Part shown: piece by piece, positions 48,658-58,993 of the stretch
Numbering within the stretch: position 1 is the first letter of the stretch
Layout: each line of letters starts with the position of its first letter
Assembly: GCA_964658305.1 (NCBI GenBank)
Contig: OZ210885.1
Span: forward strand, 12,400,001-12,464,000
Length of the DNA: 64,000 nt
Origin: Leptogorgia sarmentosa
Lineage: Eukaryota
Direction of reading: 5' to 3'
Program-made: the position numbers and the translations under genes
Notes under the pieces: generated by a model
The model's database searches: none
What the model was told of the DNA's origin: nothing
The model's input: only the letters and a program-made list of their open reading frames with translations

Positions 48658-48898
48658 CAAAAGTTTCGTTATCAAAAAGTTAGTTTTGAGAATGCGAAAT
48701 AATCTTAAAGTGGAACTCAGAGTGCCGTTTACTAGCTTGAAATATATTCGGTATTATAAATCAATCAAAGACTAAATGGTAATGTTTTACGAAGAATGAA
48801 AACAAGTGCATAATCTTCTCTCTTATTTTTACCATTTTGAAACATCACATCAGTGCAGGATGGGAAAGTAATATAATTCTACAGGAAGCTTCGGAGTT

Positions 48899-48971
48899 GC
48901 CTCATTAGCTCAGTGGTTAGAGCACTGGTCTAGTAAACCAGGGGTCCAGAGTTCAAATCTCTGATGAGGCT
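48899..48971 (+). tRNA. tRNA-Thr(AGT), intronless
   Basis: ctggt-ct-AGT-aa-accag; fully paired stems. Confidence 0.92.
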
Positions 48972-49121
48972 TTATTTTCTTCGGAAACTTTGAAGAACGT
49001 CGAAGACAAACGCCCAGATGTATTCCATATGCTGTTCAGTGAGTTAAAAACGGATGGAATAAAAAAGCTATTGGAAGAGTACTACGTTGGAAAAAACATG
49101 CTAGGAAGATTTTAGCGTGTC

Positions 49122-49194
49122 GCCTCATTAGCTCAGGGGTAAGAGCACTGGTTTCGTAAACCAGGGGTCCAGAGTTCAAATCACTGATGAGGCT
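49122..49194 (+). tRNA. tRNA-Thr(CGT)
   Basis: ctggt-tt-CGT-aa-accag; one T-stem mismatch. Confidence 0.78.
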
Positions 49195-49410
49195 GTGTGA
49201 ATAAGTATTCTTCGTGAATAAGAATTCATCCATTTCCTTTTTGTGATTAATTACAAGGTATGCAGTTAACTCTCCAGATTGTATAAGTGTGACCAGAAAC
49301 AAAATTTTTCAAGTGAGCTTATTTCATGAAAACACGTGATAATACGGGAATTTAAGTTTAATTAACTTCGTAATTGGATTTATATTCTGAGTTTCAATGG
49401 GGAAGAAGTT

Positions 49411-49495
49411 GCCTCTTTAACTCAGGGGTTAGAGCACTGGTCTAGCAAAACAGCTAGGAAACCAGGGGTCCAGAGTTCAAATCTCTGAAGAGGCT
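49411..49495 (+). tRNA. Thr-bodied tRNA with AGC anticodon and a 12-nt intron (49448-49459)
   Basis: ctggt-ct-AGC-a-[aaacagctagga]-a-accag; perfect acceptor stem gcctctt/aagaggc; A10-C25 D-stem mismatch. Confidence 0.65.
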
Positions 49496-49748
49496 TTGTG
49501 AATAAGTGTTCATCCATTTCCTTTTTTCTAATTGGTTACAACGTATGCAGTTAACTCTCGAAATTGTATGGGAAGTGTGACCTGATAAAACACGTGATAG
49601 TAGTAAAGTATAGTAAAATCATTTTTTTTGTTGAAAAGTAAGATCATGTCAACAAAGATTTAAATACAGAAAACACCAAAAGAATGGGTAAGAGGGATAA
49701 AGCTAGAATAATAGCAATAGTTTTGTTAATATCTCGAATTCCATATTA

Positions 49749-49820
49749 TTCCCATGCCGGAAATCGAACCCGGGCCTTGCCAGTGAGAGCGCCAGATCCT
49801 GACCACTGGACCACATGGGA
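49749..49820 (-). pseudogene. tRNA-Glu(CTC), degenerate
   Basis: Anticodon-stem mismatches. Confidence 0.65.
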
Positions 49821-49890
49821 GAAACATTTATCGATAATATTTTTAAAATGAAATTGGAAGAAAATTTCGAGAGACATGGCGTGGCCAGAA

Positions 49891-50323
49891 AGCAGAAAAT
49901 TTTTTTGGGATCACTTTCTTTGGGATACCTAGTAGCCGCACGTATTTTATATGTTGTATTGCAAATTCTATTCATATAAAAGGTTTTTACCGACAATTTT
50001 GTCGAGCTTCGTTTGCTCAGAGTTTATGGTACCGACTCGCCAGCAGCGACCCCGCAGGTTCGAATCTCGCGTGATGGTTTTTTTTCATTTTGTTTATTTT
50101 TTGTCATTTTGTTTGTTTTCTTTGAAGGTTTTTTTCTCAACATCTTCTTGTTAGGGTCAGAATTACTGTTTGTGCCTGTATTAGAAAAACAAAAGAAAAG
50201 ACAATATTTTGTGTTTAGAGTCAGAATTGTGCGTATAATATTCTCGACGATAAAGTGTGTCAAGTGAAAAATATAGATCAGTGCTTGGTAACCAAGCCTT
50301 AAAGTGATCCCAAAAAAATTTCT
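49891..50323 (+). mobile_element. TIR element with an internal tRNA-like cassette
   Basis: TIR cagaaa(a)tttttttgggatcacttt; flanking duplication gtggccagaa; empty site at ~48262. Confidence 0.75.
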
Positions 50324-50338
50324 GTGGCCAGAAGTGCT

Positions 50339-50411
50339 TGACCTTGAAGTGAATTGAACACTTAACCTTCTGATCTGGAGTCAGACGCGCTACCAATTGC
50401 GCCACAAGGTC
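50339..50411 (-). tRNA. tRNA-Trp(CCA)
   Basis: Perfect acceptor stem gaccttg/caaggtc. Confidence 0.9.
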
Positions 50412-50689
50412 GTGGCTGTGTTGAACTCGTTTGCTTTCGTAGAATGAGTTTGAGAATGTGAACACAATCGCTTTCTCTTTTTCTCGTGTTGCAATCAAAC
50501 CGAAATGCAACATAATGAAAATATTCTGAGTTAGCGGGGAATAAAATTATAAAAGAGCGAAGAATGATCAAGAATTTAGAATACAATGCAAAAACTCTGT
50601 CCATGATCAAATAGTTGGTGGCTATCAAATAGTTTCGACCAAAAGAGGGTGATATCAGAAAAAATCATTTTTACTATTTCTTTTTTCCT

Positions 50690-51080
50690 GTATTAATATC
50701 ATTGTTGTCAATTTCCTGGACGCTGATTGGCTGAAAAGCTTCAACAACTGTGCAAGTTAAACTTTAATTTGCACAGTGTGCAAATTGAACTTAATTGCAC
50801 GGTTTCGAGCCCGCGATACATTATAAAAACAAATAAATAAACGCTTAAATCAATGCAAAAATTCTTGTTTTTTTTATCATTTATTGTCAACTTTGGACAA
50901 AAAAGGTTAGTGAACGTGTACTACAATGATATTAATACGAAATTACACTTGTTCTCGAAGTATTAATGAAAAATTGCACTTGTGTTTGGCTAAATACCGC
51001 TCGTGCTTCGCACTCGCGGTATTTCGCCAAACACGCGTGCAATTTTTCATTAATACTTCTCGAACCGTGTAATTTCCTAT
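50690..51080 (-). mobile_element. Hairpin repeat (Crypton-like)
   Basis: Hairpin 50939-51075 centred on gtgcttcgcac; ctgattggct motif; half copy at ~62220-62283. Confidence 0.6.
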
Positions 51081-51178
51081 ACAAAATTACGAGTTTTCAC
51101 AAAATGTGGATGAGAAGCATCACTTTTTGAAACTTATATCAGCTCAATAAACCACAACGTCCTTGAACAACGAAAATT

Positions 51179-51260
51179 TGGCAACGGTGGGATTCGAACC
51201 CACGTCATCGAAATCACAGGTGCCTTAAATCAGCGCCTCAGACCACTCGGGCACACCACC
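51179..51260 (-). pseudogene. tRNA-Leu(AAG), degenerate
   Basis: tt-AAG-gc loop; several stem mismatches. Confidence 0.65.
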
Positions 51261-51389
51261 TTAACCTTAAACGTATCTATTAAATGATTTCCCTTTGCTA
51301 AATGTCCACGCCTTTTGAAGAGATGCCTTTGGGTGTGAAAGAAAGAAAAAATATTAAAAAATGAGGAAACATTGTCACGGTCGTGTTAA

Positions 51390-51468
51390 GGTTCTGTGGT
51401 GTAATGGTTAGCACTTTGGACTCTGAATCCAGCGATCCGAGTTCAAAGTTCAAGTCTCGGCCGAACCT
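51390..51468 (+). pseudogene. tRNA-Gln(CTG) with a 7-nt duplication in the T arm
   Basis: agttcaa-agttcaa. Confidence 0.72.
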
Positions 51469-52005
51469 ATATTGGACAGAAGATTTAAAGGTTATTTTAA
51501 GGTCACCAAATTTATTACCTATTCTCTTCCACCGTCCATTTTCCAAATTCGGAGTTAATTGAAAGAAATTGATCCAAGAACAAAATGAAAGCGAAAGCGA
51601 ACTAGTTATTTTAATTACAAAAGGGATACTAACTCTGTTAAAGCTCTTTTAACCAATAAAGTTATAAGGGTATGAAAATCAAGAATTTAAAAACCAATGG
51701 AAAAATTCTTTCCACGATCAGATAGTTTTTGCCATTATTCATGGTTTCGAAGGTTTTCCAGGCTATCGCGAAGTTAGTTTTACTGTGCTGGAATTAGATC
51801 TTTATTATTCGTGTCAGCACGCAAACGAGGGTAAAGGCCGTTTTCCACTTCAGCCAATCTCTTGCACTGTCCATTTTGCGTGTCATATTTAGTTGAAAAT
51901 AATTATCAAGGAAGAACAACATATAAACATATTTTGTTCAAAGGCTTCAGCTTGTGAAACTTATATCAGCTCAATAAACGAATGCAGCTATGAACAATGA
52001 AAATT

Positions 52006-52087
52006 TGCCAGCGGTGAGATTCGAACCCACGCCATCGAAATGACTGGTGCCTGAGCCCAGCGTCTTAGACCACTCGGCCACGCTACC
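52006..52087 (-). tRNA. tRNA-Leu(CAG), with mismatches
   Basis: ct-CAG-gc; 82 nt. Confidence 0.65.
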
Positions 52088-52215
52088 TGTGACGTGTTGG
52101 ATACATGTTTCGTGTTCTGTAAATATCCACGTCCGCCATTGAAGAGTGTTCCTTTTGCCGTGAATGAAAGCAAGAAACGTTAAAGAATTTGGAAACTTTG
52201 TCGAGATTGTGTTAA

Positions 52216-52285
52216 GGTTCTGTGGTGTTGGTTAGCACTTTGGACTTTGAATCCAGCGATCCGAGTTCAAGTCTCGGCAGAACAT
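52216..52285 (+). pseudogene. tRNA-Gln(TTG), D-loop deletion
   Basis: ttgga-ct-TTG-aa-tccag. Confidence 0.68.
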
Positions 52286-52767
52286 ATTTCGACAACTGAA
52301 TATTTTTAAAATGCTGCGAATTTTATTGCCTTTCCGCCTTCCTTTTTTTTAATCCAGAGTTAATTGAAACAAATTGATACAAAAACGAAATTAATGCGAA
52401 GGGGAGCTTGTAAAATTAATTCCTAAAGGGATATTATGTTAAAAGCTCATTTTCCCAATAAAATTATAAAGAATAAAAATCAAGAATTTATAAACCAATG
52501 CAAAAACTCTGTCCACAATCAAATAGTTTGCCGCCATCAAATAGTTTTCTTCAGAGACGGTGATATCAGAAAATATTAATTTTACTTTCCTTGATAAAAT
52601 TATTAGATTATGTCTGTGTTACAAATCTACGTTTTTCTCGTGTTGCATTTGAAATTTAAACTCGTCAGAATGATAAACTTCTGCGTTAGCCGGGAATCTA
52701 ATCCCAGTCTCGGGCGAGTTTGAATATGTGAAGACAAACTGTTCCAAATAGAAATTGTCAGAAAAAA

Positions 52768-52839
52768 TTCCCACGCCGGGAATCGAACCCGGGCCATGGG
52801 GGTGAAAACGCCAGATCCTAACCACTAGACCACATGGGA
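52768..52839 (-). tRNA. tRNA-Glu(TTC)
   Basis: tt-TTC-ac; one anticodon-stem mismatch. Confidence 0.75.
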
Positions 52840-52923
52840 GTTACAATTTCAAGATCATGTCTGTGTTACGAACCCACATTTTTTCTCGAGTTGCAATTGA
52901 AATGCAACAAAATGAAAACATTC

Positions 52924-52994
52924 TGCGTTTCCAGTGAATCAAGCCCCGGTCTCAAGGGTGGCAGGCGGGAATTCTACCACTGAACCACCAACGC
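52924..52994 (-). pseudogene. tRNA-Gly(GCC), degenerate
   Basis: 5' half intact; T arm mutated. Confidence 0.7.
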
Positions 52995-53318
52995 GAAGTT
53001 GACGCCCTTGTCTTGGAGGTAAAATGTGGCTTCAGGCAAGTTCAGGCATGTTCCTGCACAGGTAAGTAGCATTCTATATATTTTAGTTCAAGTTTCATAT
53101 CTTTCCACCATTTCACTACGTTTGGAAAAAAATTAAGTATTGCTAATAGAATGGTTTCGAGTGGAATTTGGAATTAACTTGCACGAGTGAGTTTTGCAAA
53201 GACCTCAAAATAGAAAGTTTCTATTGTTCAGAGTGTAGCGCTGAGAATGTGTAGGTCAGTTGTAGATGGATGTGAATGTTCGTTAATGAACAACGTGAAA
53301 CCGGTTGGTTGTAGCAAC

Positions 53319-53400
53319 GTAGTCGTGGCCGAGCGGTAAAGGCGACAGACTAGAAATCTGTTGGGAGTTTCCCGCGCAGGTTCAAATCCTGCCGACTACG
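53319..53400 (+). tRNA. tRNA-Ser(AGA)
   Basis: Fully paired; acaga-ct-AGA-aa-tctgt. Confidence 0.92.
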
Positions 53401-53707
53401 TCATGCAAAGTCTTTAAAATTTTGGCCTCGAAGATAAACATGAATTGTTTTGGTGAAAAAACTCGATGACAGGAAGTTGTGTTCTCGGTGGTGGGGGCTG
53501 AGTGTTTAAAGTGACAGATTCAATGCCCAAGTTTTCCATTTACAAAATCAACGGAAAGAAGTCGCGTTTTTTACTGCATTAAGGTTATATGAAACATGCC
53601 AAGAAAGATTTTGTATTTGAATGTAGAATTGAAAGAACAGAGGTCCGTGAATTGATGATAGCTGCGTTTGAAAGTATATGTACGTAATTAACCTGGTAGA
53701 GTACACA

Positions 53708-53779
53708 GGGAGTGTAGCTCAGTGGTAGAGCATTCGACTGCAGATCGAGAGGTCGGTGGTTCAAACACGCCCGTTCCTA
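53708..53779 (+). tRNA. tRNA-Cys(GCA), T-arm variant
   Basis: ct-GCA-ga; ggttcaaacacgcc. Confidence 0.65.
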
Positions 53780-54094
53780 CTTATCACACCTATAAACTGG
53801 AAACCTTTCAAATTCCTCAAAGCGGGCTGATGGGAAATATGTCACCCAAAGAGTTACGATGTATATACTACGATTCCTTTTAAATATATCCACCAATACT
53901 TGAAAACGTTCGAATCCTGGTCTCGGCATCTGTGTCAAACAGCAAAAAGTATTGTATTCACCATTACGAGCATCGTCACCGTTGAAGTTCTGTTTATTAT
54001 TGCCGTTGGATGCGCCTTGGCATGTGTCAGATTTTGACCAAAATTAATATCCATCATTTTCATATCCCCTCTCGGAAGGTTTTCAATGGAGTCA

Positions 54095-54106
54095 GTCTCT
54101 GTGGCC

Positions 54107-54144
<38 letters not shown>

Positions 54145-54168
54145 TTGGTTCGAGTCCAACCAGGGACG
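54095..54168 (+). tRNA. tRNA-Asn(GTT)
   Basis: ct-GTT-aa; one D-stem mismatch. Confidence 0.8.
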
Positions 54169-54290
54169 TGTTTGTTGTGATGTTATTCAGACGTCGTGAC
54201 GGCGGATGTAACCGAAATTTTTGCGCGAGGTTTTCTAAGGATTTTTGGAATCTTTCAAAAAAGAAAACATCTTACTTGGTTAATTAACTA

Positions 54291-54362
54291 GGGCTTGCAC
54301 GGCAATCGAACCCGTGACCTCTCGCACCCTAAGCGAGAATCATACCACTAGACCAGCAAGCC
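54291..54362 (-). tRNA. tRNA-Pro(AGG)
   Basis: ctcgc-tt-AGG-gt-gcgag; one T-stem mismatch. Confidence 0.8.
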
Positions 54363-54677
54363 ATTGATGGTATCAAAATGTTCTCTAATGTATTTTCTAT
54401 AGTGACAAAGAAAAATTTGGTATTAATGTTTCCAAAACATTTTCCAATCGATCTTCCCGGAAGAAATCAGATTTTGGTGAAAAAATAGTATCAATTATTG
54501 CTGTATTTTTACGACCCAGAGGGTTAAGATGGATATACTACCATTCGTGTTAAATATATCCTCCAATGCTTGAAAACGATTAGTCCTGCTGTGTTAATTA
54601 CCACAATATTTTGTTGGATTTTACTGGCAGATTGAAGATATTTTCATTTCGAAGTGCAAGCCAATATTATTGCCAAC

Positions 54678-54759
54678 GTAGTCGTGGCCGAATGGTTAAG
54701 GCGGCAGACTTGAAATCTGTTGGGAAATTCCCGCGCAGGTTCAAATCCTGCCGACTACG
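54678..54759 (+). tRNA. tRNA-Ser(TGA)
   Basis: gcaga-ct-TGA-aa-tctgt. Confidence 0.88.
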
Positions 54760-54916
54760 GAAAAGCGATTTTTTCTAGGATGTAGCTATTTGTTCTAGGA
54801 TGTAGCTATTTGGCAAAATTAATGGCGTAGTAGCGCTTTTAAAATGGTTTGATTTCAGAGAACGAGTTTGAAAATGTGAACACAAGCTGATTCAAATTGA
54901 AATTTTCAGAAAAAAA

Positions 54917-54988
54917 CTCCCACGCCAGGATTCGAACCCGGGCCATGGCGGTGAAAACGCCATAACCGAACTATTAGACCACATGGGA
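54917..54988 (-). pseudogene. tRNA-Glu(TTC), D arm degenerate
   Basis: Anticodon arm intact; D loop lacks GG. Confidence 0.65.
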
Positions 54989-55237
54989 GTGATAACTTGT
55001 TGTCTATTCCTGTGCTGCAAAGCACGTTTTTTTCTCGTGTTGCAGTTGAAATTGAAATGCAACAAAATGAAAATATCTTTGTTTTCTATCTTTGACAAAC
55101 GATTACGAGTCGATAAGTCTGTTAGAAGTTCCTCACTTATTGACTTCCTTTGTGAAAGTTGTAACTTAAAACCACCAAATGGCACCACAAATTTCCAACA
55201 ATAATTATCTAAACTGAATTATTTTGCCCATATGTCA

Positions 55238-55310
55238 GTTTCCGTAGTGTAGTGGTTATCACATGCGCTTAACACGCGCAAGGTCCTCAGTTCGAACCTG
55301 GGCGGAAACA
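55238..55310 (+). tRNA. tRNA-Val(AAC)
   Basis: tgcgc-tt-AAC-ac-gcgca. Confidence 0.9.
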
Positions 55311-55419
55311 TACATATGAGCTTTTTAACTGGAGATTTTTTTCTTTGGAAATTTTCAATAAAGCACGAGAAAAATGAATTAAAGAGAATACATGTATTTC
55401 CATGTTTGCGCGTAGGTCA

Positions 55420-55492
55420 GTTTCCGTAGTGCAGTGGTGATCACATGCGCTTAACACGCACAAGGTTCTTAGTTCGAAACTGGGCGGAAGCA
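55420..55492 (+). tRNA. tRNA-Val(AAC), variant
   Basis: Same fold with several substitutions. Confidence 0.7.
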
Positions 55493-55619
55493 TTCACATA
55501 CATATATTTAATACCATTACGAATTTTCAATGGTCATCGGAAATACTGAGTTTATGTTGTCTTTGTATTATCTTGTTAGTATTTGGGACGGTGAAATTGA
55601 GGGATTGTTAGACATGTGC

Positions 55620-55692
55620 ATTTCGTGTAGTGCACTGGTTACTACCTGCTTCTCACACTGCAAGAACTCCAGTTTAAATCTGTCTAGGACCT
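55620..55692 (+). pseudogene. Highly diverged Val(CAC)-derived tRNA-like sequence (other copies at ~56850 and ~62770 on -)
   Basis: tagtgca(c/g)tggtta A-box-like; ctcaca loop; gtttaaatc T-loop-like; acceptor stem unpaired. Confidence 0.55.
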
Positions 55693-55781
55693 GCATCGCC
55701 ATGAATTTGTTTCATATTTTCTGTTGCATCGATTCACTTCTCCAGAAGTTTGTCTCCGTTTTGGATTTTTTTTTCCAATTC

Positions 55782-55834
55782 GTTTCTGTAGTGTAGTGGT
55801 TATCACATGCGCCTCACACGCGCAAGGTCCCCAG
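55782..55834 (+). pseudogene. tRNA-Val(CAC), truncated in the T arm
   Basis: Interrupted by an IR-bounded segment (atttactctatcccc at 55835 / ggggatagagtaaat ending 56064). Confidence 0.72.
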
Positions 55835-56208
55835 ATTTACTCTATCCCCATATATTGGAAATAATTATATTGGATTAACCACGAAATGGCACGACAAATT
55901 TCGGATAATAGTTATCTAATTAAAGTGACATCTATTTCTATGATAAAAATGTGTGGAAATTTTTGGCATTGGTGAGAAAACATTCCCATTCCGCAGAAAT
56001 TAAAGACATTTAAAGTGCCTATGGAACGAAATTTTCGTTATTATAGATAGGGGATAGAGTAAATTTTTCATATCTCTTCTCGTTCTCGAGATATTAAGTA
56101 TTCAAATAAAACATCTGTGTATATAGCGAATTTACATATTTGAAATATTATGTAAATAAGATTACTATCTGAAATAACTTTAAAGTTGCACAGTTTGGCT
56201 ACACTATA

Positions 56209-56274
56209 TAGCAGGGAATCGAACCCAGGTCTCCCGCGTGGCAGGCGAGAATTCTACCACGGAACCACAAACGC
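56209..56274 (-). pseudogene. tRNA-Gly(GCC), 3' end lost
   Basis: Anticodon and T arms recognisable. Confidence 0.68.
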
Positions 56275-56555
56275 AAAGATGCACAATTCTTTCGTTATAA
56301 TGTTCATACTCCACAAGATGCCGAACATTTTCACCAAATTCCTTCAAATAATAAATCAGATTAACTTCTAGGAAATTGTTAGACTTTAAACATGACCAGG
56401 AAAATCAATTTTTTTGGAAAAGAAAACTCATGACAACCAATACTTAAATACAAAAAAACACCAAAAGAATTGGTAAGAGGGACAGAGTTAGTATAATAGC
56501 AATGGTTTTGCTAATTTCTCGAATTGCATATTTTTTCCTTCTCACGCAAGTATTA

Positions 56556-56627
56556 TTCCCATGCCGGTAATCGAACCCGGGCCTTGGCGGTGAGAGCGCC
56601 AGATCCTGACCACTGGACTACATGGGA
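56556..56627 (-). tRNA. tRNA-Glu(CTC)
   Basis: tggcg-ct-CTC-ac-cgcca; one T-stem mismatch. Confidence 0.78.
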
Positions 56628-57017
56628 GAAACATTTATCTTTTCTCGGAATGTGAAAATAACGATAATATTTTTAATGTGAATTTGGAAGAAAATTTCGA
56701 GAGCCCACAAATTTTTCAATCAATCGCAGTTAAAATCGAACGATTTTTATACCATTGCGAATTTTCAATGGTCACCGGATATACTCTGTTCATGTTATTT
56801 TTGTATTAACTTGTTAGCGTTTTCGACGTTGAAATTGAGGGATTGCTGTACATTTCGTGTAGTGCAGTGGTTATACTGCATGCGTCTCACACTGGAAGGA
56901 CCCCAGTTTAAATCTGGCTTGGACCTGCATGGCCATGTTTAACTTGCTTCATATTTTTTGTTGCATCGATTCACATCTCCGAAACTTTGTCTCTGTTTTG
57001 TAATTTTCTTCCAATTC

Positions 57018-57090
57018 GTTTCTGTAGTGTAGTGGTTATCACGTGCGCCTCACACGCGCAAGGTCCTCAGTTCGAACCTGGGCGGAAACA
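57018..57090 (+). tRNA. tRNA-Val(CAC)
   Basis: tgcgc-ct-CAC-ac-gcgca. Confidence 0.9.
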
Positions 57091-57224
57091 TACATATGAG
57101 CTTTTTTAACTGCAGATATTTTTTTCTTTGGAATTTTTAAGTAAAAAACCAGAAAAATATTTTGGTGATATCGAATTAGTTTAAATAAATTATTGAAGAA
57201 ATATACTCAATTTGTTTGTACTCA

Positions 57225-57281
57225 ATTCGAACCCACGACCACATGTGTGGACCAGAACGCCCTATTATGTCAAGGCTGGTC
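57225..57281 (-). pseudogene. Fragment of an intron-containing tRNA-Leu(CAA)-type gene (intron end plus 3' exon)
   Basis: Reverse complement ...ccttgacataatagggcg-ttctggtccacacatgtggtcgtgggttcgaa; anticodon itself not present. Confidence 0.5.
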
Positions 57282-57570
57282 GTGACAAGTTTTTGCTAAC
57301 TTCTTTCGTTATAATGTTCATATTCCACAAGATGCCGAACATTTTCACCAAACACCTTCAAATAATAAATCAGAGTAAGTTCTAGGAAATTGTTACACTT
57401 TAAACATGATCAGAAAAGTTAATTTTGTGTGGAAAAGCAAGATCATGTCAACAAAGATTTAAATACAGAAAACACCAAAAGAATGGGTAAGAGGGATAGA
57501 GCCAGTATAATAGCAATGGTTTTGTTAATTTCTCCAATTCCATATTTTTTTCCTTCTGTCGCAAGTATTA

Positions 57571-57642
57571 TTCCCATGCCGGGAATCGAACCCGGGTCTT
57601 GGCGGTGAGAGCGCCAGATCCTGACCACTGGACTACATGGGA
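57571..57642 (-). tRNA. tRNA-Glu(CTC)
   Basis: Fully paired. Confidence 0.9.
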
Positions 57643-57792
57643 GAAACATTTATCTTTTCTTGGAATGTGAAAATAACGATAATATTTTTAATTTGAATTT
57701 GGAAGAAAATTTCGAGAGACAGCGTTTGGTTTCAGAGAACGAGTTCGAAAATGTGAACACAAGCTGCTTCAAACTGAAATTTTCAGAAAAAG

Positions 57793-57864
57793 ATCCCACG
57801 CCGGGAATCGAACCCGGGCCATGGGGGTGAAAACGTCAGATCCTAACCACTAGACCACATGGGA
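57793..57864 (-). tRNA. tRNA-Glu(TTC), anticodon-stem mismatches
   Basis: tt-TTC-ac. Confidence 0.62.
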
Positions 57865-57947
57865 GTGATTGACTATTTCTGTGTTACAAAGCCAGTTTGT
57901 TTCTCGTGTTGAAGTTGAAATTTTAATGCAACCAAATGAAAATAATC

Positions 57948-58148
57948 TGCGTTAGCGGGGAATCGAACCCCGGTCTCCCGCGTGGCAGGCGAAAATTCGA
58001 GTGTGAATTCCCGAGTGGTCTAAGGCGCTGGTTTCAGGCACCAGTCATTTCGATGGCGTGGGTTCGAATCCCACCGCTGCCAAATTTTCGTTGTTCTCTC
58101 AAGTCTCCCGCGTGGCAGGCGAAAATTCTACCACTGAACCACCAACGC
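57948..58148 (-). pseudogene. tRNA-Gly(GCC) split by an inserted Leu(CAG) copy
   Basis: 26-bp duplication 57973-57998 / 58103-58128 flanks a + strand 5'-truncated Leu(CAG) at 58011-58082. Confidence 0.85.
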
Positions 58149-58419
58149 AAAGTTGCTAAACTCTTTCGTTAAAATGTTCATATCAGAAGCTTGGCGTTGA
58201 CTTTCATTACTTTTGCAATTCTTCGCTAATTCATTTCAAATTGCGTATTAAAAATATTAAAATAGCAATTATTTCCTTGTTTTCTTTCTTTGACAAACGC
58301 TTACTTCTAGACTTTAGAAGAAACATATTTCAACTAAGTGGAATTGACAAGTTGCCCTTACCAAGTTTTCTACTTTCTCAAATTTATATATATATATAAT
58401 TTATACAGTGACATATTTG

Positions 58420-58492
58420 AGCCCCATCAGAAATTCGAACTCTGGACCCCTGGTTTACAAGACCAGTGCTCTAACCACTGAGCTAATGAGGC
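58420..58492 (-). tRNA. tRNA-Thr(TGT)
   Basis: ct-TGT-aa. Confidence 0.85.
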
Positions 58493-58680
58493 AACTTGTT
58501 TCGGCCTTTAAATTCATAATATAAATTTATTTAGCAAAATAATTTGCCTTATGCTGATGTCTATTTCATTGAAAAAAATTTTTAATGAAATTCACTTCAC
58601 TTCTGAATGTATCATAAGACGATTTAGGAAAACTTATATTTATCAACATTTATCCACAAAGCCTCATCACAGATCCACAA

Positions 58681-58756
58681 AGCCTCATCAGAGATTTGAA
58701 CTCCGGACCCCTGGTTTACGAAACCAGTGCTTTATACCCCTGAGTTAATATGAGGC
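58681..58756 (-). pseudogene. tRNA-Thr(CGT), with small insertions
   Basis: tt-CGT-aa; D arm disrupted. Confidence 0.68.
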
Positions 58757-58908
58757 AACCTGCAGGTGAAATCTTGTTAAGATGCTTTATCGTACATAGG
58801 ACTCTTTGATTAGCTTTTTTAATTGATCAGTTTTAACATTTTGGATACCTTATGCAATGTATTCGCGGCGGTTGTCTACACTGTGCTTCGAAGAAATCGA
58901 GAAAAATG

Positions 58909-58993
58909 AGCCTCATCAGAGATTTGAACTCTGGACCCCTGGTTTACCAGCTGTTTTACTAGACCAGTGCTCTAACCCCTGAGCTAATCAGGC
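58909..58993 (-). tRNA. tRNA-Thr(AGT) with a 12-nt intron
   Basis: Reverse complement ctggt-ct-AGT-a-[aaacagctggta]-a-accag; one G-G acceptor-stem mismatch. Confidence 0.72.
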
